A DNA stretch of 31,041 nt from a virus. Lineage: Duplodnaviria; Caudoviricetes. The stretch lies in the IMG/VR virus record IMGVR_UViG_3300009103_001962, positions 1 through 31,041 of that record; one strand, 5' to 3'. Position numbers and translations under genes: made by a program. Under the pieces are notes generated by a model, which ran no database searches, was not told where the DNA came from, and saw only the letters and a program-made list of their open reading frames with translations. Shown one piece after another: positions 6,972-15,927 of this stretch (position 1 is the first letter of the stretch; each line of letters begins with the position of its first letter).

Positions 6972-8459
6972 ATGGAATCAATATATTCGATACAGATAGA
7001 AAGACACGTACTAGGCGGACTAATCAAGAACCCGAAACTTTTCGCAGACATTGAAAGATACATTTCTGAGAAAGACTTTATAAATGAAGTTCATCAAACC
7101 ATCTTCTGCGTTCTAAGAAATACTATAATTAAAAACGAAAGCGTTGATACAGTAATCATCGCTGAAAAAATAAAAAATATTGGAATATCATTTAAAGATG
7201 ATATTAATATTTATGATTATTTAGAATCAATTTCGTTTACTTCAATAAACATCAAGGGGTTAACGGAAGCAGCGCAAGAACTTGCGAAGCTAACGGTTAG
7301 GAGAAATTTATATCACAAATGCGATGATATAAAAAAATTCTTAAAGGAGAACGGCGAAAGGAACATTGACGAGATCGTAAGTGAAGTAGATACTCTATAC
7401 GGCGACGAACTTAAAGAGATCGAAACCACGGAGAAAGAGCCAGAACTTCTCTTAAATGATATAGAAGCCTTGGTTGAAGAAAGAGGGGAAAATCCTTCTG
7501 ATGAATCAGGATTTGCTACACCTTACCCAGAATTCAATAGATTGTATGGCGGGCTACGACCCGGGAACCTATACGCCGTAGTCGCAAGACCCGGCCAAGG
7601 AAAGTCTACCTTCATAGCAGATATATGCAGAAAGATTGCTGAAAAAGGCGAAGTAAAAGCGCTACTATTAGACACAGAGATGGATACGATAGACGTAAAA
7701 TTCAGAATAGCATCAGCGCTCAGCGGAGTATCCCTATGGCACCTTGAAACAGGTAACTGGAGGAGAAATTCAGATCTAGTAAAAAAAGTACGTAGCGCGT
7801 TTAAAAAAATAGAAAATTGCGAGTTTTACCACTATCCCGTGGGGAATAAAAACATAGACCAACTATGTTCATTTGTCCGGAGATGGGCTATGACCCACGT
7901 TGGCAGAGGTAATTCCTTTGTTCTTGGCTATGATTATATAAAACTGACAGGAGAAAGAGTTGGAAACAACTGGGCAGAATACCAAGCAATAGGAGACAAG
8001 GTCGACAAACTTAAGAAACTTGCCGAAGAATTAAACTGTCCAATAATCACCGCTATACAAGCAAACCGCAGCGGAGAAAACTTTAACAGACGAGGGAATA
8101 CAATCATCGACGATAGTTCAGCAATTGCCCAGTCTGACCGCCTTCAGTGGTTTGCTTCATTCGTTGGAATCTTTAGAAGAAAAACTGTAGACGAACTTAC
8201 TAGCGACGGAGAAGAGTTTGGGACACACAAGCTCATCACTCTCAAAACAAGATTCCAAGGCAAAGACGCAGCGGGGCATCATGACCTAGTAAGAAGAGTT
8301 GATGAAAATGGTAACGTAAGATTTGAAAATAATTTTCTTAATTTTACTGTAAGAAATTTTAACGTCGAAGAATCCGGCAGCGCAGCTGATATTTCGGCCA
8401 GAGAAAGAATGCAGTACGATTTAGAAGACGAAAGCAATCAAGATGGAGACGTGATATAA
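6972..8459 (+). CDS. dnaB: Replicative DNA helicase DnaB
   Basis: N-terminal ERHVLGGL/DFINEVHQTIF domain, Walker A ARPGQGKS, DTEM, DYI, LKKLAEELNCPII, QANR. Confidence 0.92.
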   Translation: MESIYSIQIERHVLGGLIKNPKLFADIERYISEKDFINEVHQTIFCVLRNTIIKNESVDTVIIAEKIKNIGISFKDDINIYDYLESISFTSINIKGLTEAAQELAKLTVRRNLYHKCDDIKKFLKENGERNIDEIVSEVDTLYGDELKEIETTEKEPELLLNDIEALVEERGENPSDESGFATPYPEFNRLYGGLRPGNLYAVVARPGQGKSTFIADICRKIAEKGEVKALLLDTEMDTIDVKFRIASALSGVSLWHLETGNWRRNSDLVKKVRSAFKKIENCEFYHYPVGNKNIDQLCSFVRRWAMTHVGRGNSFVLGYDYIKLTGERVGNNWAEYQAIGDKVDKLKKLAEELNCPIITAIQANRSGENFNRRGNTIIDDSSAIAQSDRLQWFASFVGIFRRKTVDELTSDGEEFGTHKLITLKTRFQGKDAAGHHDLVRRVDENGNVRFENNFLNFTVRNFNVEESGSAADISARERMQYDLEDESNQDGDVI

Positions 8460-9383
8460 ATGGATTTTAAAAACATCTTGTTAGATGTTGGATACTCCAA
8501 TATCAAAGACAATGGAAGGGAGTTTCGAATGAAGCCAGTCTACAGGGACTCCAGCAGTGACACGGTGCTTTCCGTAAGGAAAGACACCGGTCACTTCATT
8601 GACTTTAGTAAGCAGATTAGCGGTTCGTTCGAATACCTAATACAGCTTTCCATGGGTTTAAAAACTGTGGAAGAAGCCAAGACTGTCTTAAAAGATAAAT
8701 GGGAAATAAACAGTGAAATCAAAAGGGAGCACAGGCCACCGGTTTCAAGTCCGAAAATTTTCCCAAGCACCTATCTTGAAAAAATAATCCAAGATCATTC
8801 TTACTGGGAAGAGCGCGGTATATCTAAGCAAACTCTGGAACTTTTTAACGGTGGCGTAGTTCACAGCGGGACAATGGCTGATAGATATGTTTTTCCCATT
8901 TTCAACTCCAAGAAAGAATTAATAGGGGTGACTGGTAGATACCTTAAAAATCTTCCCGAAGAAAAAAGCAAACCTAAATGGCTACACAGAGGAAGGACCT
9001 CGGAATGGAAATATCCCCTTCAAATAAATCAAAAAATCCTCAAAGAAAAAAAAGAAATAATATTAATTGAAAGCATTGGAGATATGCTTGCCCTGTGGGA
9101 GTGCGAGATTAAAAATACTATAGTAGTTTTTGGGCTAAACATAAGCCCTTCCTTTATTAGTTTATTAATTAAGTTAGATCCTAATAAAATTTTTGTATCT
9201 TTTAACGATGACTCAGATAATAATAGCGCAGGGAACAAAGGTGTTGAGGCTGCTGTAAGAAAACTTAAAAATTATTTTGACCCCCATCAAATCCAAGTGG
9301 CTTTTCCTACCAAAAATGACTTCGGGGATATGAGCAGAGAAGAGATATTGGAATGGAAAGAGATAAATATCTTAAAGAAGTAG
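8460..9383 (+). CDS. dnaG: DnaG-like Toprim primase
   Basis: YWEERGI, RYVFPI...GVTGR, PKWLH, Toprim ESIGDML and FNDDSD...AG; directly follows dnaB. Confidence 0.8.
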   Translation: MDFKNILLDVGYSNIKDNGREFRMKPVYRDSSSDTVLSVRKDTGHFIDFSKQISGSFEYLIQLSMGLKTVEEAKTVLKDKWEINSEIKREHRPPVSSPKIFPSTYLEKIIQDHSYWEERGISKQTLELFNGGVVHSGTMADRYVFPIFNSKKELIGVTGRYLKNLPEEKSKPKWLHRGRTSEWKYPLQINQKILKEKKEIILIESIGDMLALWECEIKNTIVVFGLNISPSFISLLIKLDPNKIFVSFNDDSDNNSAGNKGVEAAVRKLKNYFDPHQIQVAFPTKNDFGDMSREEILEWKEINILKK

Positions 9384-9628
9384 AACTTACGCTCGCTGAG
9401 ATCGTAAAGGAAGAAGACTCTGTAAAAATAATCAAACAATGCCTAGAAAAACGAGAAAGCGAACTGTCTTTTAATTCTTTTAGATATGGAAGAAGCCTAG
9501 GAGACAACTATTCCATAGGACATAACCCTAAATCTGGGGAAGAATTTTATAATGAAATAATTAAGGTTAAAAAAATAAGAAACTTAGTTGACTACCTTTT
9601 ATTACTAGCGCAGAATAAAGACAACTAA
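9353..9628 (+). CDS. Hypothetical protein
   Basis: 91-aa ORF in the co-directional run. Confidence 0.55.
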   Translation: MERDKYLKEVELTLAEIVKEEDSVKIIKQCLEKRESELSFNSFRYGRSLGDNYSIGHNPKSGEEFYNEIIKVKKIRNLVDYLLLLAQNKDN

Positions 9629-9646
9629 AAAACAGTCAAAAACACC

Positions 9647-10198
9647 ATGAGACTAGACCACATAGCCTATCGAGTAAAAGATAGATACGACACAGCCGAA
9701 TTTGTCAAAGAAGCTTTCGGCTACAAGGTTGGTACAGAGTTTCAAATTGAATTTGATGATGGGTCCAAAGCTGACTGTCTAGCTCTTGAGCCACCTGAAA
9801 TAAGGCACCCGGATACGACGCTTTGGACCTATCACGCTTTACAGTCTGCCCCCTATGCGCCCATCAAAGCAGAGTACCATGCTCCTCCAGAGATTTTTAT
9901 TAGCGACGGCAGCAAGGGCTCCATAGTTGGAGACTGGGTAACGGAAAGAGGAAACGTGGGAGGCATTCACCACATGGCATACCAAGTCGAAGACGTGGCG
10001 GCGGTCATGAAAGAATGGAAAGAAAAGGGTTACGCAGAATTTTATTCCGAAAAACCAATTACATGTAAAGACCCAGACCTTACGCAGGTTTTCACCAAAC
10101 CGTCACAACTAACAGGAGTAATATATGAATTCATTAATAGAGAAGGCGCTGGGTTCTGCAAAGACAGCGTTAAAGAGCTTATGGAATCAACCAAATAA
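9647..10198 (+). CDS. VOC-fold metalloenzyme resembling the catalytic C-terminal domain of 4-hydroxyphenylpyruvate dioxygenase
   Basis: LDHIA, GGIHHMAYQVED and LTQVFTKP...IYEFINREGAGF, with a His/His/Glu triad. Confidence 0.75.
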   Translation: MRLDHIAYRVKDRYDTAEFVKEAFGYKVGTEFQIEFDDGSKADCLALEPPEIRHPDTTLWTYHALQSAPYAPIKAEYHAPPEIFISDGSKGSIVGDWVTERGNVGGIHHMAYQVEDVAAVMKEWKEKGYAEFYSEKPITCKDPDLTQVFTKPSQLTGVIYEFINREGAGFCKDSVKELMESTK

Positions 10199-10208
10199 TT
10201 ATCATTTT

Positions 10209-11738
10209 ATGAACTTCGAAGGTAGAAATTATATTAACGGCAAGTGGCAAGAAACCCACCACATGTACACCAAGCTAAACCCCTCAACAGGGAAGGCTCA
10301 AGGAGCGTTTCCGTTGAGTGGACACATAGAAGTCGAAACGGCGGTTGAATCAGCAAGGAGGACTTTTCACAAATGGAAAAAAGTAAGTCGCTTTGTACGT
10401 TCAGACTACATGTATAAAGTTGCTCAAATAATTGAGAGAAGAAGAGAAGAGCTGGCTACAGTAATTTCCCTAGAAACAGGAAAAAACTATAATGAATCAA
10501 TAGCTGAAGTAAATGAAGCTTTACATATGGCTCAATTTGCGTTCGGTTCTGGTAGATATTCCCATGGTGAAGCCGTGGCGTCTGAGATAGAAGATAAAGA
10601 TGCCTATATGCTTCGTAAGCCAAAGGGTGTAATAGCAATTATATCTCCATTTAATTTTCCTTTGGCTATCGGAGCGTACTGGTGTGCAGCGCCAGCCATA
10701 GTAGAGGGAAATACGGTAGTAATTAAACCAAGTGAAGATGCGCCAATGTCAACACAAATGGCTGTCGAAATTTATCAGGAAGCTGGGCTACCTGATGGAG
10801 TCGTTAGCTTGGTGCATGGCAATGGTGATAGCGGTGATCTTCTGGCTCGCGCTGATGTCGATCATATTTGTTTTACTGGTTCTGCCGAAGTTGGACAACA
10901 CGTTAGAAAGGTAGCGGCAGAAAGTTGGCATAAGACAACTTCATGCGAAATGGGGAGCAAGTCTGCCTGCATAATCTTCGACGATGTTGAGGCTAAACTA
11001 GCTCTGGAAGCAGCCATTGCAAGCGCCCACAAGCTTTCTGGGCAACGTTGCGTTTCGTCTGGTAGAATGATAGTGCAAAGATCTATAGTAGACCAATTTG
11101 CCAAAGACTTTGCAAAAGCTGCGGCCGACTTAAAGACTGGTAGTCCTTTCCAAAAGGTAGTCAGTACTTCAGGCACGCCAGACGCGCTCGGCTGGGTAGA
11201 CTACAAGCCAGACGAAACTCAGAACTATGGACCACTAATTAACAAGCAGGGGTTTGAGAAAGTAAAAAAATATAATGACATGGTTCTAGCCGATGCAGAA
11301 GCGGAAGTCTTGCTCCCACCTAAATACGAAAGTGTAAATGACAGAGCATTCTTTTCTTCTTTTATAGTTTACAAAACCGAGTGGCGTGATGTACCCTACT
11401 TAAAGAATGAAGTGTTTGGGCCTCACGTTGCTATTATTCCTTTTGACGATCTCGATGACGCCATTCGTATCTATAATGATACTGATTACGGGCTTGCGGT
11501 TGGTGTGCTTACGAACGATTTTAGAAAAGCGCGAGTCTTACGGGACGAATGTGAAGCGGGAATGATTTACTGGAACGGTGGGTCTATTGCCGCAGAATCA
11601 CATCTTTCTTTCGGAGGCGTAAAGAAATCTGGCAACGGATTTCCAAGTGCAGCCAGAACATACAGAGCGGTAACCCACGAAGTTAGCTGGACGGTAAACC
11701 ACGCCGACAAACTAACCTTCCCACAAGGAATGAAATAA
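10209..11738 (+). CDS. NAD(P)-dependent aldehyde dehydrogenase
   Basis: Likely start 10209 (MNFEGRNYINGKW); PFNFP, KPSE, FTGS, EMGSK, GQRC (catalytic Cys), EVFGP, YGLA, FGGVKKSGNG. Confidence 0.93.
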   Translation: MNFEGRNYINGKWQETHHMYTKLNPSTGKAQGAFPLSGHIEVETAVESARRTFHKWKKVSRFVRSDYMYKVAQIIERRREELATVISLETGKNYNESIAEVNEALHMAQFAFGSGRYSHGEAVASEIEDKDAYMLRKPKGVIAIISPFNFPLAIGAYWCAAPAIVEGNTVVIKPSEDAPMSTQMAVEIYQEAGLPDGVVSLVHGNGDSGDLLARADVDHICFTGSAEVGQHVRKVAAESWHKTTSCEMGSKSACIIFDDVEAKLALEAAIASAHKLSGQRCVSSGRMIVQRSIVDQFAKDFAKAAADLKTGSPFQKVVSTSGTPDALGWVDYKPDETQNYGPLINKQGFEKVKKYNDMVLADAEAEVLLPPKYESVNDRAFFSSFIVYKTEWRDVPYLKNEVFGPHVAIIPFDDLDDAIRIYNDTDYGLAVGVLTNDFRKARVLRDECEAGMIYWNGGSIAAESHLSFGGVKKSGNGFPSAARTYRAVTHEVSWTVNHADKLTFPQGMK

Positions 11739-11740
11739 TT

Positions 11741-11842
11741 ATGGCTAATAAAGAAAAAAGAAAAAAAGAAAAAAAGAAACCAGCGAAGCTAACGCCAGCG
11801 GAAAAAAAGAAAAAGAAAAGAGAAAAGAAAAAGGGTAAATAA
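11741..11842 (+). CDS. Very basic 33-aa peptide (17 Lys), not in ORF track
   Basis: MANKEKRKKEKKKPAKLTPAEKKKKKREKKKGK*; fills the gap with 2-nt and 1-nt spacing to its neighbours. Confidence 0.65.
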   Translation: MANKEKRKKEKKKPAKLTPAEKKKKKREKKKGK

Positions 11843-11843
11843 A

Positions 11844-11927
11844 ATGGCCCTAATTACCGTAGGTCTTGCAGTGGGCGCAACAATTATCGTCGGTATCTGG
11901 ATAATGAACTTTACAGAATTAAAATAA
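11844..11927 (+). CDS. 27-aa single-TM micro-protein, not in ORF track
   Basis: MALITVGLAVGATIIVGIWIMNFTELK*; tight packing on both sides. Confidence 0.55.
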   Translation: MALITVGLAVGATIIVGIWIMNFTELK

Positions 11928-11929
11928 AA

Positions 11930-12391
11930 ATGACAACTTTTATCAAATGGTTCCTATTTAACGCCGTTTTCCTTACGGCGGTTTTCTTCGCCGAAACGAA
12001 GGGCGCGATCTCCCTAATGATTAGTAATGACATTAGTCATTTAACTATCGTGATTATAGCGCTGTACGTAATTATGTCCGCGTTTACAGGCAGACTCTGT
12101 TATCTAGCGGATAAAACAGAAAAAATGTCTGACATTCGCCATCTCTTAAGAAAAGCAGACGCGGGATGGTTTGCGGCTGAGCACTTCTTTTCTCTAGGGT
12201 TACTCGGGACTGTGTTTGGACTATGCGCGGCAACCTCTACTAGCCTGAACGAAGGCACAGAAGTAAGTGATATTGTATCAGGACTCAAGACAGGACTAAA
12301 CACCGCTTTTTATACAACTATTTGCGGGATTGTATTTAGCTTACCCCTGCAAGTACAATTAATGATTCTGAGATTCAAACTAGAAGAATGA
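11930..12391 (+). CDS. MotA/TolQ/ExbB proton-channel family protein
   Basis: Four hydrophobic segments; LGLLGTVFGL and GLNTAFYTTICGIVFSL match the two conserved channel helices. Confidence 0.85.
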   Translation: MTTFIKWFLFNAVFLTAVFFAETKGAISLMISNDISHLTIVIIALYVIMSAFTGRLCYLADKTEKMSDIRHLLRKADAGWFAAEHFFSLGLLGTVFGLCAATSTSLNEGTEVSDIVSGLKTGLNTAFYTTICGIVFSLPLQVQLMILRFKLEE

Positions 12392-12996
12392 TTAACAAGG
12401 GATACAAAAAGTTCTTTTCGTTTAGGCCATTTATTGATGTCCTTTTCTGTTGTTTGTTGATGCTGGTAGCCATCCTGTTCCTCTTGAAGGCTGACGAAGA
12501 GCAGGTAAAAATGCGCCCACCAAATACACTGTACGAAGTCATACTCACATGGGATGGAAACAGTGAAGACGATTTAGATTTATATGTTCAAGCTGCGTCA
12601 GGACACATAGTAAGCTTTAACAATAGAGAAGGGGGAGAGGGCAGCTTGATCAGCTTGAACCATGACGCGCTTGGAAAATCAAGAAACAATAGTCTAGCTA
12701 GAGACGTAGAAGGTAAAGTCACCGGATTCAATGAAGAAATCGTAGCTTTTCGTGGGGCGACGGAAGGAGAAAACATTGTCAACGTTCATGTTTACGCCAA
12801 GAAAGATGAACTCCCCGTGGAAGCGACTATAACATTAATAAAAGTCAAACCATTTAAAGAAATAATCTTAAGGAAGAAAGCTTTCGTAAATACCGGCGAT
12901 GAAAAAACGGCGTTCAGATTTAGAACTGATAAAAACGGCGAAGTAATTGAAACTAATGAGCTACCAGCAAGCCTACTTGATCCCCTCGGAGAATAA
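12388..12996 (+). CDS. ExbD/MotB-like single-TM partner with YfaP/DUF2135-like beta domain
   Basis: TM PFIDVLFCCLLML with the conserved Asp; VILTWDGNSEDDLDLYV motif; ATGA-coupled to the MotA-like gene. Confidence 0.7.
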   Translation: MINKGYKKFFSFRPFIDVLFCCLLMLVAILFLLKADEEQVKMRPPNTLYEVILTWDGNSEDDLDLYVQAASGHIVSFNNREGGEGSLISLNHDALGKSRNNSLARDVEGKVTGFNEEIVAFRGATEGENIVNVHVYAKKDELPVEATITLIKVKPFKEIILRKKAFVNTGDEKTAFRFRTDKNGEVIETNELPASLLDPLGE

Positions 12997-12998
12997 CC

Positions 12999-13265
12999 AT
13001 GGACCCACAACAAATATATGAAGAAAGCATGAAAATGGCACGCGAAAGCCATGTAAATATGCTTCACATAAAATGGGCACTGATTTGCATAGCTGTAAAT
13101 CTGTGGGGCATTTCCCTTTATCTTTTGTTAAAAGAGGCGCCCAAATGGTGGAAAAGCTTTGACAAGAAAAACACAAAGCCAAATACCCTAGAACAAAGAA
13201 ACAAAGATTTAGCGGCAGCTACCCAACCACGGAAAACCCCTTGGGATTGGAATAGACCAGAATGA
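12999..13265 (+). CDS. Hypothetical single-TM protein
   Basis: 88 aa with one hydrophobic helix. Confidence 0.6.
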   Translation: MDPQQIYEESMKMARESHVNMLHIKWALICIAVNLWGISLYLLLKEAPKWWKSFDKKNTKPNTLEQRNKDLAAATQPRKTPWDWNRPE

Positions 13266-13834
13266 ACATAGCATTACCAATTTTACTATTAGTATTCGGG
13301 GGTTTGACTTTCTGGGTGCTAACAGAGTCGAGCTTAAGATGGTATATTAAAGGAGCTTGTATTTCTGTTTTTTGCATTTTTACTATTATTTTTTGGTCAG
13401 CTATTCATACTTTTTTAGGTTGGCCAGCCCTAGAAGATGATATGCCGGAAAAAGTACTTGTCCATTGGGTGATTATCAAAGAGCCAAATAAACTTACAAA
13501 ATTTAATGGTAGAATTTATTTTCTACTAGAGTCAGTAATAGAAGAAGAGTCTAGCTCTATAGCTAGATTTTTTGGATATAGACATTCCAAAATAGAGCCC
13601 AGATTGTACGGATTAAAATACACCAGAGAACTCCACGAGCAGGTTGAAAATCAAATCAAGCCAAGGCTTAAAAGCGGTAGGCCAGTCGCAGGAAAACTTA
13701 CTAAAGGAACAGGTAAAGGGAAAGAAGGGGAAGGTAAAGGAGAAGGAAAAGGAGATGGAAGCGAATCTCAAGAGCAGGAATGGCACTTCCACGAGCTATT
13801 ACCCTCTGAAATCCACAGAAAACCAGAAAGATGA
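13262..13834 (+). CDS. Two-TM membrane protein with GKGEG repeats
   Basis: Two N-terminal TMs, a soluble domain and a low-complexity GKGKEGEGKGEGKG segment. Confidence 0.7.
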   Translation: MNIALPILLLVFGGLTFWVLTESSLRWYIKGACISVFCIFTIIFWSAIHTFLGWPALEDDMPEKVLVHWVIIKEPNKLTKFNGRIYFLLESVIEEESSSIARFFGYRHSKIEPRLYGLKYTRELHEQVENQIKPRLKSGRPVAGKLTKGTGKGKEGEGKGEGKGDGSESQEQEWHFHELLPSEIHRKPER

Positions 13835-13943
13835 ACAAAACTAGGATGTTAAAATGGAAAATTTGCAGCCTGAACTCTAAGATAAGTAAACAGGAGACAA
13901 GAATTTCTAATCTAAAAAAAGACCTGAAGTTAATGAGGGCGAG

Positions 13944-14354
13944 ATGCCAGAGCAATACATTTTTAACGGAGATGCAGAAGAAATATTTTCGAAAAAGCTA
14001 GAAAAATTACATAAGAAGTATGTATACCATTTATTAATGAACGGTGTTGCTCCGCTAGGAACAGACCTAGAGTCTATTAAAATGACTAAAAGCCGAGTGG
14101 TTAACGATAAGTACTGCGAAAGAGTAGTTGGAGGATTGCTAAATTTAAAGCCTAAGATAATTGCCAGATCAATAATGGAGCGCGTACTTTTAGCAGAGTG
14201 TGCGTTTTTTAAAATAGATGACAAAGAAAAATTAAATCATATTTTTATGGTACAAAATATTATAAATTGGCCGGCACAAGGGCACTTCAGCTGCCAAATA
14301 TGGTACTTAGGAGAAACAACTATGAAACAAATAAAGGCTCTTTGGGATGAATGA
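13944..14354 (+). CDS. Hypothetical protein
   Basis: 136-aa ORF in the co-directional run. Confidence 0.6.
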   Translation: MPEQYIFNGDAEEIFSKKLEKLHKKYVYHLLMNGVAPLGTDLESIKMTKSRVVNDKYCERVVGGLLNLKPKIIARSIMERVLLAECAFFKIDDKEKLNHIFMVQNIINWPAQGHFSCQIWYLGETTMKQIKALWDE

Positions 14355-14529
14355 AATAAAACTACCGCCCTATATCACGCCTTACGAAAATCGTAAAAAA
14401 TTTTGCAGAAAAATTAGAGACACCGAGAAAGAAATCCAACTTCTAAAAAATGAAGGCGTTTGGCAAATGGTTAGCCGCCTTCAATGGGTTCTAAGAAATG
14501 CTTGGTGGGGATACAAGAGGTACAAATGA
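14347..14529 (+). CDS. Hypothetical protein
   Basis: 60 aa, overlapping both neighbours. Confidence 0.5.
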   Translation: MNEIKLPPYITPYENRKKFCRKIRDTEKEIQLLKNEGVWQMVSRLQWVLRNAWWGYKRYK

Positions 14530-14669
14530 GCAAAAAAAATTGGAAAGATCTTTTTACCGGACTGTCAGTAATGGCTGTGTCTACTTTTTTATTTTTTAAT
14601 GGACAGTACACCATGCAAGTTGCTATAATTATAGCAATCCTAACCCTTTGGTGGTTGGAAGTTTTTTAA
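14526..14669 (+). CDS. Small two-TM protein (47 aa)
   Basis: ATG 14526 overlaps the upstream stop (ATGA); MSKKNWKDLFTGLSVMAVSTFLFF... Confidence 0.55.
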   Translation: MSKKNWKDLFTGLSVMAVSTFLFFNGQYTMQVAIIIAILTLWWLEVF

Positions 14670-14689
14670 ACAAGAAAGGATATTAAAAG

Positions 14690-14830
14690 ATGGCATTTGG
14701 AAAAATAAATAAATACGAAGGAAGAGTAAAGAAAAAAACCCGACAAGGCTGTGGGACACACAGTAAGGGAATGAAAAAGTTAAGGGGTCAGGGTGGCCCC
14801 AGAAAAAGGTGTAAGCTACCAAAAAAATGA
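14690..14830 (+). CDS. Small basic protein (46 aa) with KKTRQG...RGQG motif, not in ORF track
   Basis: MAFGKINKYEGRVKKKTRQGCGTHSKGMKKLRGQGGPRKRCKLPKK*; AAGGA upstream; stop overlaps the next ATG. Confidence 0.7.
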   Translation: MAFGKINKYEGRVKKKTRQGCGTHSKGMKKLRGQGGPRKRCKLPKK

Positions 14831-15927
14831 AAGCGGCAGTTCTAGGCGTCGGTAGGATGGGTACAGCTATTTGCTATGCAATGAACAAGCTGGGCTTTGA
14901 TGTTGTGGGTGTAGACTCATACGCTGGCGCTGCAGACAATTTTAGAAAATACATTAGTGCGGATTCTGGAGCATTTTATTTAACCGACGAAGACAAGACT
15001 TTTCATCGTGCACTAATGTTTGAGAAGCCTGACGTTGTTATCAGCAGCTTACCGTATCACCAAACGGAAGAAGTAGGTCACTGGTGCAATGACAACTCGC
15101 TTCGTTATTGCGACCTAGGAGGCAGGGTAGACGTTTCTCAGAACATAAACGAGGCAGCCAAAAACCACGGAAAGACCCCAGTCTTTACAGATCTCGGCCT
15201 CGCACCGGGGTGGGTAAACATTTTAGCTGAAGAAGGGTGCAGACAATTACATAGACAAGCAACAACAATCAAGATGATGGTAGGAGGATTACCCGACTCG
15301 AAAGTAAACCATCCGTTAGATTATGTTGTTACTTGGTCTGTTGACGGGCTTATAAACGAATACAAAGACGACTGTCAAATTCTAGAGGATGGAGAACTAA
15401 AAATAGTAAAAGGAATGAGCGGCCTAGAATCAGTAGAATGTAACACGCTTGGAAAACTAGAGGCTTTCTATACCAGCGGAGGGGCATCGCATACGATACA
15501 AAGCATGAAGGCTAAGGGTGTAGCAAATTGCTACTACAAAACGCTAAGATATGAAGGGCACAGAGACATAGTTAGATTTTTGATAGAGAACCAAAGTGAA
15601 GAATGTGTGAGGGAGGCTATTGAAAGAGGCTGTCAAAACCCAGATGGCGTAGATGATGTCGTACTAATCAAGGCTTTCGTAGAAGGGGAGAACGTAGAAT
15701 GGAAAAAAGAACTAGCTATTTGGGGAGACTCAGATGGGTTCTCAGCCATGCAAAAAGCAACGGCGTTCTCCATATCAAGTGTTGCTAAAATCATGGCAGA
15801 AGGCAAGCTGGAGGGCAATAAAGAAGAGCGCAGAGACTACCACACCCAGTACCCAGTAAACCTTTCTTATGCGGACGTGCCATTTGAAGAGTTTAATAAT
15901 AATTTAAAATTATTAGAGATTATATAA
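14827..15927 (+). CDS. Saccharopine dehydrogenase family oxidoreductase, lysine 6-dehydrogenase-like
   Basis: Rossmann VLGVGRMG, SLPY, YCDLGG, GLAPG, VGGLP, WSVDGLINEY, LEAFYTSGG, YKTLRYEGH, SAMQKATA. Confidence 0.88.
   Translation: MKAAVLGVGRMGTAICYAMNKLGFDVVGVDSYAGAADNFRKYISADSGAFYLTDEDKTFHRALMFEKPDVVISSLPYHQTEEVGHWCNDNSLRYCDLGGRVDVSQNINEAAKNHGKTPVFTDLGLAPGWVNILAEEGCRQLHRQATTIKMMVGGLPDSKVNHPLDYVVTWSVDGLINEYKDDCQILEDGELKIVKGMSGLESVECNTLGKLEAFYTSGGASHTIQSMKAKGVANCYYKTLRYEGHRDIVRFLIENQSEECVREAIERGCQNPDGVDDVVLIKAFVEGENVEWKKELAIWGDSDGFSAMQKATAFSISSVAKIMAEGKLEGNKEERRDYHTQYPVNLSYADVPFEEFNNNLKLLEII

Noticed and set aside
13831-14001. 56-codon ORF starting in an ATGA overlap
   Set aside because: Overlaps the next ORF by 58 nt and has no supporting motif; cannot be supported.
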